Shown here in pieces: positions 15,001 through 24,000 of a stretch of 64,000 bases of DNA (positions are counted from its first letter, which is position 1; every line of letters begins with the position of its first letter). Under the pieces are notes generated by a model that saw nothing but the letters and a program-made list of their open reading frames with translations, was not told the DNA's origin and did not search any database. This DNA is from Nitrospirota bacterium (lineage in GTDB: Bacteria; JACPQY01), in assembly GCA_016180645.1 (NCBI GenBank), contig JACPAV010000010.1, positions 1 through 64,000 on the forward strand. The letters run 5' to 3'. The position numbers and the translations under genes were made by a program.

Positions 15001-18000
15001 GTCCCTCCGGTTGGACAAGGGAGTCCTGGCCGACACCATCACCCTGAACGGAGGCAATCTTGCCGTGCTGGGGAACACGACCCTTGACAGGGGCACGCTC
15101 AACCTGAACGGATACAGTCTGACGCAAGGGACGGCGGGCGGTGGGAACCTGACGGTGACGGACGGCAACGGCGGCCTCACACTCACCGGAGCGTCCCAAC
15201 TCGTCATGGCCGCGGGACGAACCGCCCTCGTGGCGGGCAGTTTCACGTCCACGCCTTCCGGGGGAATTTCCCCGACCGTCACGTCCACGGCGCCCGGCGG
15301 CAGCGGCGCGGACTGCGTCGACCGCTTCGGAGCGTTCGATGTCACGGGCGGAACGGTGAACGTGACGGGCATGAATGTCTCCTGCGGAAACAGCGGCGCC
15401 GAGGCGGACGGATGGAATATCGGCGCCGGCGCGACACTCGCCAATTTCAACAACGTGTCCTTCACCAAGACCCGTCCCAACACGACGCATTTCACGATCA
15501 ACCGCGCCGACACCGCCGCCGCGGCCACCCTCACGGGCCTCTCGTTCGATTGCTCCTACTATCAGAACTGGACGGGAACGCCCGCGTCCTGCACCACGCT
15601 CGGAAGCGGCCGTATCGCGCGCGGCGTGGGCGGCGGCACGCCGACACAGCCCACCTGCGATCCCGATCCGCCGGGGGCCAACTGCGAACAGGTTACCTTT
15701 GCGCAGTACACCGTCCCTGCCGGCGTGAACCCGAGCGCGCAGGATGAGGCCCTGAACGGCATGTTCATCCGATGGACCCGGATCCTGCGATGGGGGGGCG
15801 ACTACGCGTTCAAACGCGCGCTGACCGTCGCGAATCCCGGCCCGGGGAACTACGCCGCCGGTGACGTGGGCGAGGTGGAGCTGACCGGAGCAGCGGCCAC
15901 GCAGATCTACGGGGCGTCGCAAACGGACGGGGACGACTTCCGACTCTTCTACGCGGGTTCCGGCGCGCCCGTCGAGAGATCCATCGACCGGGTGAACTCC
16001 ACGTTCTCGCTCACCCTCGTCAAGTTCCGGTTCCAGATCAACCCCGCCGTGAACTCCACCGCTTCGGATCCCAACTACCTTCTCGTCTACGGCAATCCGA
16101 GCCTGGCCGCCGGTCCATCGGTCGATCTGGGTGACAAACTGCTCCAGGACAAATTCGAACGCGCGGCAAGCACCAACCTCGGCAATGCCGAATTCCCGGC
16201 GGGCGCACCGGGACCGTTCGCATGGTCCGAAACGGTGGGCGATTCGGACATCAAGGCCGGCGTTCTGGAAGGGGTGGGGACTCTCGTGGTCGGCGGGGCC
16301 GTGGCGGGTCTGAACGCGGACGTCCAGATCCCGAGGCCGACGACCACCTACGCGAGTATTTCCGTATCCTACAACCGGTCCTCCGGCACGAATTTCGGCG
16401 GAACGCTCGCCGATCAGTACATCGTCGAATGGACAACGGCGAACCCGCCCGTCGGCGCCTGCGGCACCTGGAACGTCGTCGAGTCCATCGGCAACTCCGT
16501 CGGCGGAACCGTTTCCTTCAACCTCGGCGGCGGGGCCAGCAACAGTCCCGATTTCCGTCTGAGATTCTGCCAGATCAAAGACAGCGGATTTGACGGCAAT
16601 CTGGCCATCGACAACCTCCTCCTCACCGCGGGAAGCGTCGATGCGCCGCCTTCGAGCATGTCGGCGGGAGCGGCCGTTTCCATCAAGGGCGACATGAGCG
16701 AGTACTTCAACTGGACCGTGAGCGGCGCGCGGGCGGGCAACGGCGCCATCGGATCGGATACCAATACCGAACTGGAAATCGACTCCGTCGCCCAGGCCTT
16801 CTACTACCGCCCGGAACTCAACGCGAACATCGGCGTTTTCGCGCTGCGGGCTCTCAGCACCACGTCGGGCGATCCCACCGATACCAACGCCCTATACCTC
16901 CACGATCCCGACTCGAATCCGGCCGCCAACAGCGTCACGCTGACCACGCAGGGGCAGGTCAAGATCGGCGACAACGCGGCGGGAAAAACCGCCCTCGTTC
17001 AGAACGCCCTGCAAGTCCTGGACGTGGGCGGGGAGTTCCTCGTGGATACGGGCAGCACCGTCAACGCCACGCTCCCGGCGGTCGGGACCGGCACGATCCG
17101 GACGGCCGGCAACTTTACGATCAGCGGCACGTTCACGCCGGGGAGCACGACCGTGGAGTTGGATGGGACCGGGACCTCCGATCAGACGATCAGCCATACG
17201 GGCGACTTCTACCATCTGACCGTCTCGCGGACGGGAACGGGAAAAGTGATCACGAGCAATTCGTTCGCCGTGAAACGCAACTTCACCTCCAACGGCAAGT
17301 TTGCCGCCTCGGCCGGAACCGTCACGCTCAATTCCTCCAGCGAAAACCAAACGCTCACGACGGCCTCGGGAGACGCCTTCTTCGGCCTCACCGTATCGAA
17401 CACCGGCGGCGGGACGACGGTCTCCACCGCCACCTCCTTCGCGGTAAAGAAGGACTTCACGTCCAACGGCCGCTTCGTCGCCTCCGCCGGAACGGTGGAC
17501 TTCAGCGGCACGACCAATCAATCCGTTTCGGCGGCGGCCGGAGATCAGTTCTTCGGTCTCACCGTATCGAACGGCGGCGGCGGCACAACGGTATCGACCT
17601 CCTCCTCTCTCGCCGTGAAGGGGAATTTCGCATCCAACGGCAAGTTCTCCGCTTCGGCCGGAACGATGGACTTCAATGGGACCGCCAACCAGACGATCAC
17701 CACGACAAGCGCGGATACCTTCAGCGGTCTCACCGTCTCCAACAGCGGGGTCGGGGCAACCGTGTCCACCGCAACGTCTTTGGGCGTCCTGGGCGGCTTT
17801 GCCTCCAACGGAAAGTTCAGGGCCACGGCCGGCACGATCACCCTGAAAGGGACCGCCAACGCGGGCCTGACCGTGGCGACGGGCGACGAGCTCTGGACGC
17901 TTGCGATGGACAAGACCGGTACGGCGGGGAACGACATCCTGACGGTCTCGGGAGGGTCCGCCAAGGCGCTGGGCGGGCTCACGCTGACCGACGGGATTTT

Positions 18001-21000
18001 CCGGATGACGGGTCCGGTATCGCTCACGGTCACGGGAGCGATCAGCCAAGCCTCTGCCGCAACGTTGCAAACGGACCAGACGGGTGGGAAACCGACGCTC
18101 TCGGGTCCGGCCGCCGGATATCTGGCCTACGCGCCTTCCGGGCCGCTCAATCTCGACGGCCTCGCGCTGAACCGACTCACCAACCCCGGGCTGGACCTCT
18201 CGGCGAACCCGACGCTGACGTTTTTCCGCGACGTGGATTTCACGAATGGGCAGAACGGCGCCTCTTCGCGCTACGTGACTCTGCCGGCGGCGGCCGTGAA
18301 CTGGACCTTCCGCCGCCCGGGCTTCGACGCAAGCGCCGTGTACAACGTCTACACCACCTCGGCATCGCCGATCGTGTTCGTAGCGGGTGCAACGGGGGCG
18401 AAAGGTCAGGACGACAGCACCGCGGGCAACGGCATCGGCGGCGAGGAAAATGACTGCGACCCGAGCGATACCGGCGGCTGCGGCGACACCTCGGACGCCC
18501 TCCAGGGCCAGATCTCCTGGGCGTACGGAACCTACATTTGGGAGGGCGACGTGAGCAGCAGTTGGGCAACGGGCGCGAACTGGCTCGGCAACCCGGCGGG
18601 TCCGCCCACCACCGCGGATGACGTCCTCATCATTGCGCCTCTTCCCGGCGGGTTTGACCCCGTCATTGGCGCGGCGGCGACGGCCAAGCGGCTCTGGATA
18701 GCCGGCACGGGGAACCTGACTGTGGGTGCAAACCTGGCCATCGAAGGGGATCTGATCAAGGCGGCTACTTCGACGTGGAGCCACACGGCCGGGACCGTGA
18801 CGTTCCAGGGCGGGGTGAACCAGACGATCAACGTGGGCGGCACGCCGAACTTCCTGAACCTGACGATCGCAAAGGGGGGCGGAACGGTCTCGACCGCAAG
18901 CAGTTTCAACGTGGCGGGGAACTGGAGTTCGGACGGCACGCTGAGGGCCTCGGCGGGAACCGTGACGTTCAATTCCGCCACCGCCGATCAAACGTTTGCG
19001 GCCGTTGGCACGGACGAGTTCTACAATCTTGCCGTCTCGAAAGCAGGCGCCTTCAAAGTCACCACCGTCTCCTCCTTCAAGGTCAAGAACAACCTCGCCT
19101 CCGACGGCCGGTTCGAAGCCACCGCGGGAACGGTCACCTTGGAAGGAACAGGGAACAAGACGTTCACGGCGGCGTGCCCGACGCCCTACACGACGTGCGA
19201 CGAGTTCTTCAACCTGAGCCTCAACAACAGCGGTGGGGCGGGATCCGACCAATACAATCTCGGAGCGTCGGACTTTGAAGTCAAAGGCGCGCTGACGCTC
19301 GTCGACGGCGTGATCAACCTCACCGGCACGGCCAACGTCTACTTCGGTCCGGGTGCGACGCTCAACGTGCAGGTCAACGCCGAACTGGAAGCGCGCAAGT
19401 CCACCGCAAGCGAGCACTGCGACGCGGATGACGCTTCCCCATGGAGCATCGGCGCCGCATCCTTCCCGAAGCTGACGACCTCCGCCGGAAACTTCGCGTT
19501 CAGCCCGAACCCGGCCGGCAAGCTCGACTTCGACGGCCTCATCATCGACAAACTCAACGACAACGGTTTGACGCTGGCGGCCGGGACCAATCTCGTGGCC
19601 TTCAACGATGTCTGCTTCACCGGCGGGCAGAACGGCGCCTCCTCCCGCTACATCGCCGCGCCCAGCGCCGCCGTGTCGTACCTCTTCACGAGGCCCTATT
19701 TCGACGGCAGCGCCGTCTACAACGTCTACACCCCGGACTCCACGCCGCTGGTCGTCATTTCGGGGGCGCAGGGCGTGAAGGGTCAAGAGGACGCCGTGGA
19801 TGGCGACGGCATCGGCGGCGAGGAGAACGACTGCGACGCGGTGGACTACGGCTACGCTCCGACGCCGAATGCCGCCGCGCCGACGAACGCGGGTTGCGGC
19901 TCGACCGGCAACTTCGCGCAGGGCCGCGTCATCTGGTCCTACCCGGCCTTCACGTGGACTTCAGCCACCGGTGTGGCCACGAAATGGGACGACGCAGGCA
20001 ACTGGTCCTGCGTCGTGACGGCGACCTGCTTCGACGCGGACTGCGACACGGATGGAGCCGGCGGGGCCGACACGACCGGCGCCCAGTGGCCGATTGCGAC
20101 CACGACGGGATGCACCGCCTTGATTGTCGATCGGGACGATGACCCGGATCTCTCGGGCGCGCTGAGCGCCGCCGTGAAGGATATGGTCGTCGCGTCGGGC
20201 ACGTTGAACGTTTCCACGAGCGGACTCCTGATGGTCTACGGCAACCTCTTCCGAGGGCAGGACAATACCCCCGCCACGTTCAACGCAGGAGACCGCGACG
20301 CCGAGATCAACCACACATCGGGAGAGGTTCAAATGATGGGGGCGAGCGCGTTGCAAAGCGTCATTCTCGTGGGGGGGGGGAGCCTGTGGAATTTCACCGC
20401 CGCCAACGCGAGCAACGGCGCCGACACGTTCAACAACACGGCGGACGACGGGACCGTTCGCCTGGAGGACAACGTTTCCATCCGAAACGCCATCACGGTC
20501 AACGACGGCATCCTCGACCTGAACGGAAAGACGGTCCACGTGGACAACGGCAAGACCTTCACGATCAACACGACCGGCCGGTTCAAGGCCGCCGGCACGT
20601 CCACCGTCACCGCGATCGATTCGAACACCGGAACCCCCTACGTGGTGGACTGCCAGGCCTCCGGATTCGTCTTCAACGCGAACGGAGCGCTGGACGTGAC
20701 GGGCCTGGACTTCTACTGCGCAAACGACAACGGCTTCAACATGGCCGCCACCGCCCTCACCGGGGCGTCGGAGAACTTCCGAAGCGTCGCCTTCCACGAC
20801 GTGGTGGACACGGCCGGCATCGCCGGGGCGCCCACTCACCTCACGGTGGCCCGTCCGGAAGGGTGGAACAACGACAACGGCGGCGCCTGGGATTGCAGCA
20901 ACCCGGGCCTCACCCTCTTCAAGAGCATGCAATTCGACGGAACGTTCGGGGAAGGCACGGGACAGATCGTCCGCTCTTCCAGCGCCGCGGGCGGCGCCCA

Positions 21001-24000
21001 GGAACGCATCCGCTTCTGCACCTACTTCGCGGGCGTCATCTCCAACCCCGACAAGGACGACTGCGACGTGGACACCAAAACGCCGGTCCCGCCGTGCAGC
21101 GCCGATGCGGACGAGATCGACAATGTCTGGGAGCGGTCCGTCTACTGGGCGGGCAACTGGGATTCCAGGAGGTCGGTGTTGATCCACCCGTCCACGCCCG
21201 CCAGGGGCGAGGTCATCATCCACCTGACGGACGGCTCGAACGGAAACCCGACCGCGGCCACCCTCTACAACGCTTCCTCCTCCGCCGTGAAGTGCGACGA
21301 TTTCCGCGTCCTCGCGTACGTGGCCAACGACAACAAGTTCGAGTATCGCGATGTCGGACGGATCATCGACAGTTGCACCAACCTCGACGTTCAAGTCCGC
21401 TTCTACGTCCTCAAGAACGCCGGAGACAGCAACCTCGACTACACCCTCTACTACGGGAACCCCAATGCGACTGCGCCGGGGCCGTTCACGCCTCCGAACC
21501 CCTCCGTAACGGTGAGCACGGACGCCAACTCGCCCGGTTCGCCATGCGGCAAGAAAGTGTGTGTCCAGGCCGAAGTCTCGACCGCCGGCCTGTGGTCGGA
21601 TCCGTACAACTGGGTCCCGGCGGGGAGGCCGGACGAAAATACGTACGTGACGCTCGACGACTCGACCGTCGGCTGCGCCAACGCGCCGCCCGGCGGCTGC
21701 TTCCGCCACGATCCCGAACTGGATGGTGAGCAGACAGGAACGGCCACGGGGGCGACCGCAACGACGCTCTCGGACACGGCCCAGGCCTGGGCGACCAACC
21801 AATGGGCGGGTGGGACCGTTGAGATCACGTCAGGCACGGGGGTAGGCCAGACGAGAAGCATCCTGAGCAGTACGAACACGACGGTCACAGTAGCTTCGGC
21901 GTGGGGCACCACGCCGGCATCGGGCTCCGGCTACAAGCTCGCCGTGCAAGGCTTGGCGCTGTATCTCGACGTGCTCGACACGACGTCCAGCGCGGCGGAT
22001 AACGACGCCCTCAACCTGCTGGGCGCCAATTCCATGAAAGTCGGCTGGCTCCAGCCGGGCAACGATGCTCTCTACTACACGTCCGATGACGTCTCCGTAG
22101 GCGGCAACGTCACGATCGGCGCAAACGGAAAGGTCAACGGCGCGGGGGCCACCGGCACGATCCGTGTGCGCGGCAACTTCACCAACAACGGGGTTGGAGC
22201 GGGAGCGTTCACGGCGGGGAGCACGCGGGTGATCTTCGACGGCACGGCCGCTCAGACGCTCGGGGGCGGCAACGCCACCACCTTCTACAATCTCTGGACC
22301 CTCCGCGCGAACGCCACGCCTCTCTACATCAGCGGCGCGACGACGACTCTCAACGTGACCAAAGGCTTCACCCTCGCCTCCGGTGGGATCTGGGACCACT
22401 GCGCCGGAACGGTCAAGATCGCCGGCGGCGAGACCGTCACCGTGAACGGCAACCTGCGGACAAACGATGCGACCAACTGCGCTTCGGCGGCCACGCCCAC
22501 CGTTACGTCAACGGACGAAGTGACCCCCACGCGGTACAACTTCAACCTGAACGGCATCGTGGAGGTCAACGCCCTCAACTTCAAGTTCGCCACCTGCGCG
22601 GGCATGAACATCACGGCGACGGGAATAATCCTGAAACTCGACAACGTCAACTTCACCAACGCCCAGTCCGCCGGAACCTGCGGCCACCTCACGATCAATA
22701 TACCGGGGCCGGCAAGGGAAACGCTCTTCAACGCGACCTTCGACTCAAGCTTCAATATCGCCTCGGCGGGCTACTCCGGCGAAACGGCCAGCGTGGGCTA
22801 CAATGTGAAAGTGTGCGATACGAACGCGACAAACCATATCAGCGGAACGGGCAACGACGTGGTCGTCACCGTCGGCGCGCCGTCCGCGGGCGGCGGCGCC
22901 GGGTTCGGCGAGAACTTCGACCGCGAAGACCCCCCGGATGACGGCACGGGCGCCACGAGCAACGACTGCGCCGCAGCCAACGACGCCCGGATCGATTGGT
23001 CGAGCAACATCTCCACGACCCCCGGGCTGACCGTGGGTAAGGTCCGCGGCAAACCGGCGGTTGCGCTGGACGTGTTCAGCGTGTTCAAAGGCAACTACCT
23101 CGCCACGGGGAACGCAGCGGGCACCCAGGGCATCTATCTCATGGGCAACAACGCGGGCCTGAAATACGGATCGAACGCCGGCTACACGTGGGACCCGGTG
23201 GCCACGGGCGACGGCGAAATCGTCGGCGAACCCGTCTACGTGAGCGAACGGTGGTGCCCGGACAATCGGGACACCGTCTACATGGGCACCACCACCGGGC
23301 GCGTCCTCAAGCTCATCGACACCGGAACCCCCACCGGCGGGACGTGCCCTGCCGATGGCTCCGGCCTCTGCGCCATCGATTTCAACGGCGGGGCGGCGGG
23401 CATCGGTTTGTCCCTGGGCGATGAGGTCACCGGCCCCATGGCGGCTGACGGCGAATTCCTATATGTCCCCGTGCTCCAAGGAGGAGTGCCGAAGCTGAAA
23501 TCCCTGGAACTGGGCGACAGCTACGATTGCAACCTGGCGACGTGCGATGTAGCCACGGATCCGCCCGGCGGCGGCTGCGCGGGCTTCGCGGGGAATTGCG
23601 CCTCGGATCCGATAGCGGCCGGCTGCCACGAGCTGTTCACCCTCTGCAACAATCTTGGCTTCCAGGACTGCGCCGCGGTGGGAACCGGAACGGGTCGCGT
23701 CGAATCGCGCCCCGCGGTCATTACGGACACCGACGCGGATTGCGGCGTACAGTTCACCTACATCACGCTCGCGGGCCTTAATGGCTCCCCGGGAGGCGTC
23801 CTCCAGCGCGGCAAGGTGAGCAAGTTCGCCGCCTCGCCGGGCTGCGGCTTCCAGGCCACTCCCACGTACTCGATGGGGACGGCCTACGCCACGGCAGGCG
23901 ACGTGACGGCCAACATCACCTTCGACACCTATCTCCTCGCGGGCAGCGTTCTCGAAGGAGCCGCCAACCCGGTCTTCTATGCCCTCAACCCCACCGGGAT

